Shown here: piece after piece, positions 51,401 through 61,722 of the stretch
Numbering within the stretch: position 1 is the first letter of the stretch
Layout of the letters: each line of letters opens with the position of its first letter
Assembly (NCBI GenBank): GCA_002269645.1
Contig: NIVC01000144.1
Span: 58,062 to 122,061, forward strand
Reading direction: 5' to 3'
DNA from: Macrostomum lignano
Lineage: Eukaryota
DNA length: 64,000 bases
The notes under the pieces: model-generated
What the model was told of the DNA's origin: nothing
The model's input: the letters and a program-made list of their open reading frames with translations, nothing else
Database searches by the model: none
Position numbers and translations under genes: made by a program

Positions 51401-54232
51401 AGAGCCTGAAAGATCTTGAATTTTTCTAAGACTTCTGACTTACTTTTAATGAAGTAAACTGAGCAATAGCGCGAATAGTCGTCAATAAATGTGACAAAAT
51501 ACTTTGATCCTCCAATTGACGTAGTTTGCATGGGACCGCACACGTCACTGTGAATTAGACCCAATAGTTCAGTTGACCTTGACGCTTCACCCTTGGCAAA
51601 TGGCGTTCGATGTAGCTTTCCTTCCACACATGCTGTGCAGAAACTGATGCCTTCAGTTTTTACGTCATCCTTGCTAAGCTCAATTCCGTCCACTTGCTTT
51701 CCATTAATTAGAGATTTCAGGTCTTGCTCACCTAGGTGTCCATAATGCTGATGCCATAGGTCGATGCTGTTGTTTCTCGCGACAGATGCAGTCTCGTTAG
51801 TTAGGTTAAAGCCTTTCAATTTGTACAGTCTGCCAACTTTCAAAGCTTCTCCAACAATCTTACCAGTTACGCTCAAAATCTGACACTTGTCGTCGCTGAA
51901 TTGTACACTGAAGCCTTTTCTTGTAACTGCTGATACTGAGAACAAATTCTGTTCCATAAGTGGTACATATAGAACGTCGCTCAGCTCGCACAATTTCTTA
52001 CCAGAACCAGTATTGATATACAACCGAACGGTTCCCTTTCCAGTGGCTTCGAGCTTATGTCTATCTGCTAGCGAAATGTTCTCCAGTACCGAAAAATCTT
52101 CAAATTTCTCAAAATTTGTCCGATCATTAGTCATATGATTCGTTGCGCCTCTGTCCACAATCCATGTACTAGACTCGTTAGCTGTCGATGATGTGCCCAT
52201 AGACAACGCCGGAAATGCAGAATCTTCCTCATCTGAAGCTGAAAAGTCCTTTAAGCCTTTTGCTGGGGCGTCTGCAATCCTCGCCTGATGCCTTCTGTTA
52301 GATTTCTTCAAATCCTGTGCACGTGGTCTTGAATTTGTGCTCGATCCACCTGTCACAGAGAGGCTATTCTTGAATTTGTAACAGTGCTTCTTTAGGTGAC
52401 CAGGCTTATTGCAGAAAAACATACTTTTGGTCTGACACTCTGGTGCTGTTGCTTGTTGAATCCAACCAGAGCCTTTGAATTGCTGCTAGGTTCACAGCTT
52501 TCCTGTTCAAGTCGTTTTGACTCCTCGTGCAAAAGCCGCTCGAGTACGAAATTCATCGTCAAGTCGTCCGCTCGCGATTCCAGGGCAGTAATCAACCCGT
52601 CATATGACTTCGGCAAACTGTTTAACAAAATCGTGACTTGATAGTCCTCGGGAACACCTGCTCCGATAGCCGACAGTCGTTTGACCATATCCTTGAACTG
52701 ATTAACATGCTCCTGCATGGATGCACCTTCCACCATCTTGAGCGCTTGTAGTTTCCGATTAAGAAACAATTTATTTGCCAGCGAACTCCGCTCGAAATAT
52801 GCTTGAAGCTTATCCCACGCTTCCTTTGGAGTTACTGCATCCTCAATTAGATGAATTTGACTATCCGCAACAGCCAATACGATAGTCGCTAGGGCTTTGT
52901 TCGCACGCCGCTTGAACTGAACTTTGACCTCGTTGGTCGCGTCCTCAGCAAGTGTCTCTGTACCATCAACAACTTCCCAAAGTTCTCGCTCCATCAGGAC
53001 GTTCTTCATCTTGAACTTCCAGACAGTGTAGTTGGAACTATCCAACTTCTCAACCAGTAGTTTGGCATCGAAAGACATCGTGTCGATCCACCAGCACAAC
53101 TGGACTGCTGAGCTTGAACTTTCTAAGAGACGGTAGAGCCTGACAATCACGCCGACTGACGCACTGCCACTGAAGCAGCTTTATTGTTCACACTGCAGTA
53201 GATCACAGTGGAGGGGCGCAGGGCCCATAACCTATTAAGAAAGCCTTGTTAAGTTATAATGAATCGGCGTTTATTGAGTTTTGAGAAAGATAGCAAAAAA
53301 GGGGTTAACATGTAATTTAGCACTGGCGTAGCTCAAACAAAACTTAGTGGTACAGGTAAGGGAGTCGAAGACCATAGATATAATTAAAAGTATGTTATAG
53401 AAAATTCTAGAAGGAAAACTTGGATTCACTTACTATAAATATAAAGTTGACTATTTTAAGATAAACGATTACTTATAACATCTTTAACAGTAGCGCCAGG
53501 CCGACCTGACCAAAGCACGCCCATGCAGCAGCAATCGTGTGGGGCTCAAGTCAACCAGCCGCCTGACGGAGAACTGCTCAACCTGCTAGGCAGTCTGGGC
53601 AGCTCCCTACAGGAGGAACCCGGCGAGGACTTGTTGCCTCCAATCCAAGATCTGATGGGGGAGCAGGTCTCGCAGCTCGCGCAACCGCCGGCCCTACTCA
53701 ATCCGAGGGAGGACGCTCTACGCACGCCGCCTCCTCCCGTTGCATCGCCGCCAGCGTTTCACCTGGGACTTCTTACGCCGCCGCCTCAGCCGGACGCGAT
53801 TAACCTAGACGACATTCCGACGCCGCCTACGCCGCTGACGCCTCGTTTCCGACACCCATCGCCTCAAGGCTGTTCTCTCGCTCCGAGTTAGCCAGCGCAA
53901 TTAGTGCGGCCTTTAAGGCCAGGCCGCAGCACGTCGACGCAAGCACCCAGATCGATCATCGGACTAGTGTCAGCAAAGAGTCGATCGACCTCCTCACTGA
54001 CCTGCTTGGGAAAGCTGGATCGAAGGGACAACTGACCCGGAAGTGGCCGGTGAAGGTGCGCGACGATTTCCTGGCGGCTACCGTCGAAGCTCGGCGACAG
54101 GCCATCGCCGAAGTGGCCCGTCGCACCGTCGCTGCCCTACCGTCGCCGCCTCCGCATTCTACGAGCTACGTCTCTGGAACTGGCAATTTTAAAAATGTTG
54201 TTCTTCTTGGGCCACGCTGCCCAAGTCCCTGA
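48453..54232 (+). CDS. Extra ORF3 of the Gypsy element (Arg/Pro-rich, unknown function), split by Copia
   Basis: 48453-48829 rejoins 53495 onward in frame when Copia and one TSD copy are removed (SQGVA-PGRPDQSTPMQQ); a further frameshift near 53845 extends it to the TGA at 54232. Confidence 0.6.
48830..49087 (-). repeat. Copia 3' LTR
   Basis: Near-identical to 53233-53489. Confidence 0.95.
49185..53150 (-). CDS. Copia gag-pol polyprotein (Gag, zinc knuckle, PR, INT, RT, RNase H) with three 1-nt frameshifts
   Basis: CNKPGHLKKHC; WIVDRGATNHM; HSDVCGP...NGVAERMNRT; KARLVVKG, HQMDVVTAFLNG, YVDDIL; YSDADWAGD, KHIDIRHHFVRE. Confidence 0.93.
53233..53489 (-). repeat. Copia 5' LTR
   Basis: TG start on minus strand, followed by PBS. 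Confidence 0.95.
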
Positions 54233-54610
54233 CGAATTGAGCCACTTCGTACGGTATTAACAATTAGCAAAACTCCAGGACAGTTAAGTCAACCATTTAT
54301 TCATCAAACACCATTAAATAAGTGAAACTTTAAATAACATTTGTAATTCATATGCATCAAAAATAATAATCAAAAATATTCATCTCTCCAATCATACACT
54401 GCTCTAAAACAATCTGCAATTAATACTGTATGCAATTCGTGTTGCCTTCGCCGTAGTACACCATCTATTTGACTGGCGCGCAATGTTTTTCCTTTCTTTT
54501 CTAGCCAACCTTTTGCCAATAAATAACTAATAATTCTGTGAGGCCTTGTTAGAGCCAAAGTGTTTTTGTTAAATAAATTGAATCATCGTTCCGCTGCTAC
54601 AATTCTATTT

Positions 54611-54657
54611 GGACGGGGAGAGTGTAGTGACTGGCTGCTAACTGGCTATTCAGCAGC
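54611..54657 (+). repeat. Gypsy PPT and first 35 bp of the 3' LTR, truncated by the Maverick
   Basis: 54623-54657 identical to 39103-39137. Confidence 0.85.
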
Positions 54658-56345
54658 AGTAGTATGAGTTTATGCAACTCTGCCGCACTTGCACTGCGGA
54701 GATAGGCGGTAATGTAAAAGGATAGGAGGGCTGAGATAGCCAATGGAAATAAGGGGCGTGGGGTGGGTGTGCGATTGGCTGGGCGGCGCGGGTGGTGAAA
54801 CGCTTATGCAACTCTGCCGCACTGGGAGGGGCAGGTAGCAAAGCAAAGCAAAGAATTGGAAGGTTTTTGGAATAGCAGAGTAAACAAATTAAAGCAAGGT
54901 AGGCGTGGCGTGGAAACTTCCACCTCAATTTTGTGCCTGGCCTACGCAACTCCTCAGCATCCTCCACTGTGCTTATTGTATAGCAATGCCTATGCAACTC
55001 TGAGCGGAGAGAGGCTCCGTCCGCTCTTGAGTGTCTGCCTCTGGCGCACTGGCATTGATAATAAATGGGTAATAAACTTTGTAACGGGTGCGGGGGCTTG
55101 AGTGGAAAGGGTAGGGTTTGGAGTGGAGGTGAGGTTGTTGGTGGGCTCTAAAACAGTTGTTCAACTCTGCCGCACTTTCACTGTGCAGGGACAGAGAGTT
55201 GAGCTCTAAAACAGTTGTTCAACTCTGCCGCACTTTCACTGTGTAGGGACAGAGAGTTGAGCTCTAAAACAGTTGTTCAACTCTGCCGCACTTTCACTGA
55301 GGAGATAGGCGGTTATGTAAAAGGATAGGAGGGCGTAAAAGAGCCAGCTGAGATAGCCAATGGAAATAAGGGGCGTGGGGTGGGTGTGATTGGCTGGGTG
55401 GTGAAACGTTTATGCAACTCTGCCGCACTGGTGGAGGCAGGTAGCAAAGCAAAGAATTGGAAGGTTTTGGAATAGCAGAGTAAACAAATTCAAAACAAGG
55501 TAGGCATGGCGTGGAAACGTCCACCTCAATTTTGTGCCTGGCCTACGCAACTCCTCGGCGTCCCCCACTGTGCTTATCCTATAGCATGCCTATGCAACTC
55601 TGCCGCACTATTTGTCAGTGCGGAGTGAAATAGATAAGAGAGGCTCTGGTCTTCCTGAATGTCTGCCTCTGGCAATTTTAATAAATGGGCAATAAACTTT
55701 GTAATGGGTGCGGGGCTTGAGTGGAAAGGGTAGGGTTTGAAGTGGAGGTGAGGTTGGTGAGCTCTAAGTTGTTCAACTCTGCCGCACTTTCACTGTGCAG
55801 GGACAGAGAGGTGAGCTCTAAAAACAGTTGTTCAACTCTGCCGCACTTTCACTGTGCAGGGACAGAGAGGTGAGCTCTAAAAACAGTTGTTCAACTCTGC
55901 CGCACTTTCACTGTGCAGGGACAGAGAGGTGAGCTCTAAAAACAGTTGTTCAACTCTGCCGCACTTTCACTGTGCAGGGACAGAGAGGTGAGCTCTAAAA
56001 CAGTTATTCAACTCTAGTGGTGAAACGCATATGCAATTCTGCCCTGGGTTTTTTTCGTCCAGAACTTGGGTGCGATTTCGCACCCTGTGCTAGATTTCAG
56101 GGTGCGATTTTCAAGACCAGGATGCGCTGCACTGCTGCAGACAAAAACTGGTCTAACACTAATAACACTAAAGACGTTCATAACACAAAATTGTGAAATC
56201 CACATCACATCCTTGCAAAAAATTCTGGTGCGCTTTTCGCACCCTGAGTCAAATTTCAGGGTGCGATTTTTAAGACCAGGATGCTATTCGCACCCATTCG
56301 CACAAAAAAAACCCAGACTCTGCCGCACTTGCACTGCGGAGATAG
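54658..56345. repeat. Maverick terminal region: ~600-bp tandem duplication, ~55-bp tandem repeats and hairpin motifs
   Basis: ~54700-55290 recurs at ~55300-56015; recurring CAACTCTGCCGCACT motif; palindromes at 56068-56085 and 56227-56243. Confidence 0.75.
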
Positions 56346-57082
56346 GAGGGCCTTGGTAGTATAGAGCCCTATGGCATCGGGTTTGAAAGTGGGATGGGGG
56401 CAATCCGAGAGGAGGGGGTTAGGCGTTGTATGGGTCTGAGGTTGGTTAAGCAATGGCGCAGGCCTACACACCTATGTCCCTCCCCCCCTCCCCATTGTGT
56501 ACTGAGAGAGATAAGGGGCTAGGCAGAGCTGTGGTTAGTTCAAGTCTTGCCGGCGGTGTAAAGAGAAAAATATAGATTACACAGGTATGAAAATCGGAAG
56601 GGTTGGATGATACAGTGTTCGGATCATAAAAGCTAGTTGGGGCTCACGACGCTCTCACTGCTAGGCTCTTCCGTTGATCTCAGTTTTTAGACTGTATAGG
56701 CGGTTTATGGTACAGAACGAAGCCCAATGAATATAAAGTAAATATTGTGGGAAATTTTATTAGATATAGGTCTGGGGTCTACTAAGCACAAAGTTTGTTA
56801 TTGCGCCAGAATAATGTCGGCGTGTACGAGTATTATTATTATTCTAGTCTACCACAACAACTGCGCTGTGTATACCGTTCTTGGAAAGAAAATTAGGGAG
56901 GGGGGTTCGATTGGTCGGTTTGAGGAAGAACTGGATTGGGGTTGGTGGGGAACAAATAATGATGTACATTTAATGGGGATTGGAGGGTACTGTATTCAGT
57001 GGTCAGTGTTCCGCAAATTGTATACATATAAATGAAGTGAAAAATAACTGCAGTCTTCCGAATTCTCACTTCCGCCGCAACA

Positions 57083-58097
57083 ATGAAGAAGATAAGCGAC
57101 TCATGTGCTACCTTTGAAGTCTGCCTAACTTGCAACAAGTGCGTTGTTGGATTTTTAAAGCCTGGCCATCACAAAGAGTGCAACAAGAGCACTTTCAACG
57201 TTTGCTGGCAGTGTGGCGTTGTAATGAAGCGTGGAGGAAAAGCGGGAAAATTCAAAGCTCACCGCGGGCATCAGCAGCTGCCTACTGGAGACAATGGAAT
57301 AAAAAATTTAAGACGCATAGTTATGCAGAAAGCGCATCAAATAGCCGGAGAGCAAACCGCTGCACGAAAGGCTCTCAGCCATTAATAAACGGTGTAATTA
57401 GAGACGGCTGTAGCAGCGATGATGACTTTGTTGAGCAGCCGCAACAGTCACAATTCCAACGCCCACTCGCTGCTCAGTCGGCTGGACATCCCCCGGATAT
57501 CAGAGGAAAGCAGATCCGCATGGACAGTCCGGACAGCCTTCTGTACGAAGAGCCAACCGATGAGGAGACTGAGGACAGCGACATTGCTATCAACAATGAG
57601 CAGCCTCCCAGCATCAGCGAGCAGCAGCAGCAGCAGCAGCAGCCTCCAGGCATCGGCGAGCAGCCTCCTAGCATCAGCGAGCAGCAGCAGCCTCCAGGCA
57701 TTGGCGAGCAGCCTCCTAGCATCAGCGAGCAGCAGCAGCAGCCTCCAGGCATCGGCGAGCAGCAGCAGCAGCCTCCAGGCATCGGCGAGCAGCAACAGCA
57801 GCCTCCCAGCATCAGCGAGCAGCAGCAGCAGCCTCCAGGCATCGGCGAGCAGCAACAGCAGCCTCCCAGCATCAGCAGCCTCCAGGCATCGGCGAGCAGC
57901 AACAGCAGCCTCCCAGCATCAGCGAGCAGCAGCAGCAGCCTCCAGGCATCGGCGAGCAGCTTTCAAGCATCAACAACATTGGTGAACAGATTGCTCAGCC
58001 AAACATTATTGAAGAACCGGCTGGATTGGATTCCCTGATGGAGGTATTGGGAGACGGGGAATTTGAGGCTGCTAACAATGTCGTACCTCGATACTAA
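57083..58097 (+). pseudogene. Maverick accessory gene: Cys/His-rich N-terminus plus acidic and Gln/Pro repeat region, frameshifted
   Basis: CLTCNKC...HHKEC...CWQC...HRGH; frame change near 57380 into DDDFVEQ...EEPTDEETED and (PPGIGEQQQQ)n; probable C-terminus SINNIGEQ...VVPRY* ending at 58097. Confidence 0.5.
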
Positions 58098-58752
58098 CTG
58101 CAACTTGTGCTGCCACCAGTAATTGGAGCAGGATACATTGTAAAAATTGAAAATGACAGCATTATTTTTGTGTCTCGTTGAGCAAGCGAATTCTTGGTCA
58201 CTTGGTCATTCTTGGCTATTGTGTATCTTAAAAATTCAGTTTAACTTAAATTTTTTACTTTAATTTGTACTTCAGCTTTTATTTTGATTTACAATAAGCC
58301 AAGAAATGTTTTTTTTAAATCAATAGCGATTATAGCAAAGCTAGATAGAATATTTCGAGCAACATAGCTTTTAGTAGTATCAATCTACAATTAAATAAGC
58401 CAATCATGTAATTGTTGACTCAAATATGAATTCAAGTTTCTGAATTAATATTTCGGGTGTTTAAAAAAATAGGTTTAAAACTTTTGCCGTGCTATCTCTG
58501 TGGCCGTCGCCATCCAGAAGCTCCTCAACTGACGAGCGCCGAGCAACAGCGATTTCGACCATCTACGAGTATCTGACTTTTGCATGTGTCACTCAATTTC
58601 TACAATTGATGCAGCTTTAATGTCTGAATTTAAAGTTACTTTTTGGCAATTTCTAGAAAGTTACTACTCGTACTTTTTGCGTAATGGAATTTGGTGTTTG
58701 ATGGTCAACTGATTTTAGTCATATTGATTTCTTTGAAATTTTGTTGTTGTTG

Positions 58753-58801
<49 letters not shown>

Positions 58802-59199
58802 GCTATTCATTGGTGGTGGTTGCTTTTCTATATTACGTTATTTTTCTGTATTAGTGCGTACTTTTCTAATTTGTGGCTGTAATATTATTTATCAAATTGC
58901 TATTCCAACCATCTGTGCATGAAAATGTTAGTTAATGATCATGTTTTGCTAATGTCCATTGTTTTAAACAAAATATGCTTTTTTATTCATGAGCCAAATT
59001 GCTTCACTGTGTGTGTTAGCATTTTCATTTTCTTTCTTTTCCTATTTTTCTTTTACTAGTAGTACCAATTTCGCTGTGTGTAGCAGTTTGCTGACAATTT
59101 TTAGCATCTTTTTATCCAAATAAAACTAGTAAACAAGACAGATTAAAATTCTACTGTTAAATTTTTGTCGGAAGATTAAAGACGGATAATTCTTGTGCT

Positions 59200-59781
59200 T
59201 TATTTTAGTTGCATAAGTGTGTTAACAGAGCGAAACAGGGAAGAACTGTCGGATTTTAGCATCCGCAGAGATTTCGCCCCACTTAGAATATAAGAGGCAT
59301 TATGGAAAAGCAAGCATTTACAATACTTAAGTTGACAAACTAAAGCTGAAAATGTTTCTGGTTCATACTGGGCTTTGGGCAATACTTTAACAAGCTCATT
59401 AAGCGGTAGCGCATTTTTAAGCTTAAATCGTCCATGAGCAGTAATAGTTTTAATTCGAACACAAATTGTTTGATGAGGCAGCAGTTGAGCCGGCACTCTC
59501 CGATGTAGCATAGCCACGAAGCGAAGGGCAGCCCTTTTGGCGTCTGCGTGGGTCTTGGCACCACAGATGCTCAGTTGCCCAGTAGGGTAGAGTAGCAGAG
59601 TCACTCTGGGACTTCGCATCCGCTTGATGAGCACCCGGGGCCAGACGGGCCGGTAGATCACATGAGCCATGCTGAGAGCCAGTTCCCGTAGAGGTAGCTG
59701 AGCGCCCCTGCCACCATCCAGCCTCAGATCTACTCCGCCAACCAGATTGGTCACTCTTAGGGCTGTAGCGGGTGGGCTCAT
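59200..59781 (-). CDS. Divergent TATA-box-binding protein (TBP)-fold protein, 193 aa from ATG 59781, intronless, Maverick-borne
   Basis: Two-repeat TBP core recognisable by eye: LRVTNLVGGVDL, YRPVWPRVLIKRMRSPRVTLLLYPTGQLSICGAKTHADAKRAA, YEPETFSALVCQL...CLLFHNASYILSGAKS. Confidence 0.85.
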   Translation of the reverse strand: MSPPATALRVTNLVGGVDLRLDGGRGAQLPLRELALSMAHVIYRPVWPRVLIKRMRSPRVTLLLYPTGQLSICGAKTHADAKRAALRFVAMLHRRVPAQLLPHQTICVRIKTITAHGRFKLKNALPLNELVKVLPKAQYEPETFSALVCQLKYCKCLLFHNASYILSGAKSLRMLKSDSSSLFRSVNTLMQLK

Positions 59782-59869
59782 TTCGATCGTCAACTTCTTC
59801 ACCAAATCTGCTTCTGCCAACTTTACTGCTCGTGTGCCACGGACACTTCTCGCTTCTTAAGTTGATGCA

Positions 59870-60301
59870 GAACTTTGGCTTAAGCCAACTGTAGTGCAGC
59901 AATGAATTTCTCACTGCACAACCAGTATCTGAATCTTCAATTGAGGGTGCTCCCAAATCTTCTAGGTTATAAACCTGTCTACCAAGCAGCTCAGTCAGGA
60001 AAATAGACTTCCTTTCCCCATTTGTCCAGATCGGACCACTGGCAATGCTCAGAATGTCTTCCGCCAGTTCCATGTACGGACGGGTTCCATCATTCCACTT
60101 AAACTGGTGCAGACTCCTTGATAGCTGTCTGTAGCAAACTCGCATGTCAGGGGAGACTCTCTCCCATGGATACGGAGGTGCGTACACATGGTGAGCAATT
60201 CGGTAGCTTCCCGCTCCGACTTGAACAACTGCCAACTCCTTCACAACAAATTTTTTGCTTGTGCTGTTGCACGGAAATCCTTGGAAGTCAATGTAGTTCA
60301 T
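59870..60301 (-). CDS. DEDD/RNase H-fold exonuclease-like protein; its ORF runs on to 59450, overlapping the TBP-like ORF out of frame
   Basis: YIDFQGF...FVVKELA...HQFKWNDG..PY...NLEDLG..CAVRN pattern of small virus/Maverick-associated exonuclease-like proteins. Confidence 0.5.
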
Positions 60302-60330
60302 GATGCAGCTTTCCTTCGAAAAATTCGGAG

Positions 60331-60700
60331 TCAATCCACCTTCTTATATACTTTTCTTCCGGGCAGTTTCAGCCAGGCTGTGTTGCTCCCGTACCCCTTG
60401 ACTAGACTCTTCTGTTCTTTCTCCAGTTCACCCCCTCTGCTGGTTGCCATTTTATTTTTAACTGATTTACCAACAGCAGAAAGCGGAACATTAAGCTTTT
60501 TCTGCTGCAGAAAATCGATGAACTCGTTCCACCCAACTGGTTCACGCTCACATGGCGAATCCCTCACCGCGTGTTGAATCAAGTCCAGTATATTTGAGGA
60601 AGGGATTGACCACCTCCCCATTTTCACAAACTCGAATCAGCTCTGGACTGGTGGACAGGATCGTCCACAGACTGCGAGCCCTGGTTTTGAATCATTTCAT
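60331..60700 (-). pseudogene. Conserved small Maverick protein, frameshifted near 60615
   Basis: RARSLW...NGEVV / IPSSNILDLIQ...PVGWNEFIDFLQQKKLNVPLSAVG pattern typical of Polinton/adintovirus small ORFs. Confidence 0.55.
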
Positions 60701-61041
60701 GGTTTGTTCATTTTGCTTCTTCTTTACCAGCTTAAGCAGAATCGGGAGTATTTTAATGAAACCAGCCTTCAACAAGTCTATCTTTCTTCTTTTGTGAGTA
60801 ATTTTTCCAATATCTCTATTGACTTTGCAAGAACAGCTTTTTCATCGAGCGAAAACGATAGATTGTTTTGAAAGAGATTATGGCAGGCCTCGACAAGAAA
60901 ATAACGCACTTCTTTTGGACAATTTTTTATCAACAGCCGCTTGAAGCGCACGGTATATTTAGGTGACGCAAGAACCGCAAAAAGACTTGCATGTGAATCA
61001 AGCACTTCCATAGCGTTGAAAACAATAGCTGATAAAAACAA
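60695..61041 (-). pseudogene. Small basic Maverick core-type protein, frameshifted near 60785
   Basis: LIKNCPKEVRYFLVEACHNLFQNNL...; alternative frame ends KIDLLKAGFIKILPILLKL, resembling the xGG/F adenain cleavage site plus hydrophobic tail. Confidence 0.5.
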
Positions 61042-61052
61042 GCTTCACTTTC

Positions 61053-61699
61053 TTAAGCAAATACAAGATGAGGTCGCTGGTTGGGCAAAATTCTGGCCCG
61101 CACTCGCAGCTCATCGGGAGTTGATGGGTGAAAGTCTAGGAACAGGTAAGCTCCCCTGTTCTGCGCGGTCACGTGCTTGAACACTGACAGCAGAAAGCCG
61201 GGCTTCTCTGTAAAGCACTGCCTGCCCAGTGCTGCAATCTGCAGCTGGTCTCTGGGGTTTTTCAAGATAGCTAAGTACATTACATTCAAGCTCATTGTTC
61301 GCGACTATTTTCCCTTGAAAAATATATTCTGAGTCAGCATCACCAAGAAGCACGGCAAGTGATGTGCGATTCCTGTGAAAAAATTCGCATTGAAGCAGAA
61401 TTTGAGGTTCCCTCTATTAAGTCATCGAAAACAACCAGGTCATTGGGCCTAAGTGCTGCCTCGATGTTGGTGGGAAATCCCTGGCGCAGCTGCACACCTA
61501 GGCTGCTCAGTTCTGCATGCCCTGCCTGTGAGATCCCATAGTACCACAGAACTCTACCAGGCTTCACATCAAACATGGCGTCTTTGTACTGGATCAGGTG
61601 TTTGACAAAGGTTGTTTTTCCTGCATTGGTGGGCCCGCAGACAATCATGCAGCTTCCCTGCCTGAGGCGGATATCGTAGCAAACTCGCTTTTCTCCCAT
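61053..61699 (-). pseudogene. A32/FtsK-like genome-packaging ATPase, disrupted
   Basis: Walker A GPTNAGKTT, Walker B LVVFDD, SLNxxY...KNPRDQLQI...GRQ; frameshift in the T-run near 61380 and in-frame TAG at 61307-61305. Confidence 0.88.
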
Positions 61700-61722
61700 G
61701 TTTAATGCATAAATATTAGAAA

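Larger units (their letters stand above)
48830..53489 (-). mobile_element. Copia/Ty1 LTR retrotransposon, recent insertion
   Basis: LTRs 53233-53489 and 48830-49087 differ at about 2 positions; 5-bp TSD GTAGC; copia-type tRNAiMet-fragment PBS GGTTATGGGCCC (53232-53221); PPT next to 49088. Confidence 0.96.
39103..54657 (+). mobile_element. Gypsy/Ty3 LTR retrotransposon (degenerate), host of three nested insertions
   Basis: LTR start TGTAGTGACTGGCTGCTAACTGGCTATTCAGCAGC at 39103 and again at 54623, the latter right after a polypurine tract (54611-54622); gag, then PR-RT-RH-INT order. Confidence 0.9.

Noticed and set aside
59200-59820. The TBP-like ORF as the host's own TBP/TRF gene, or starting at TTG 59820
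   Set aside because: It is intronless, highly divergent at normally invariant positions and embedded between the Maverick terminus and virion genes; the first ATG is at 59781.
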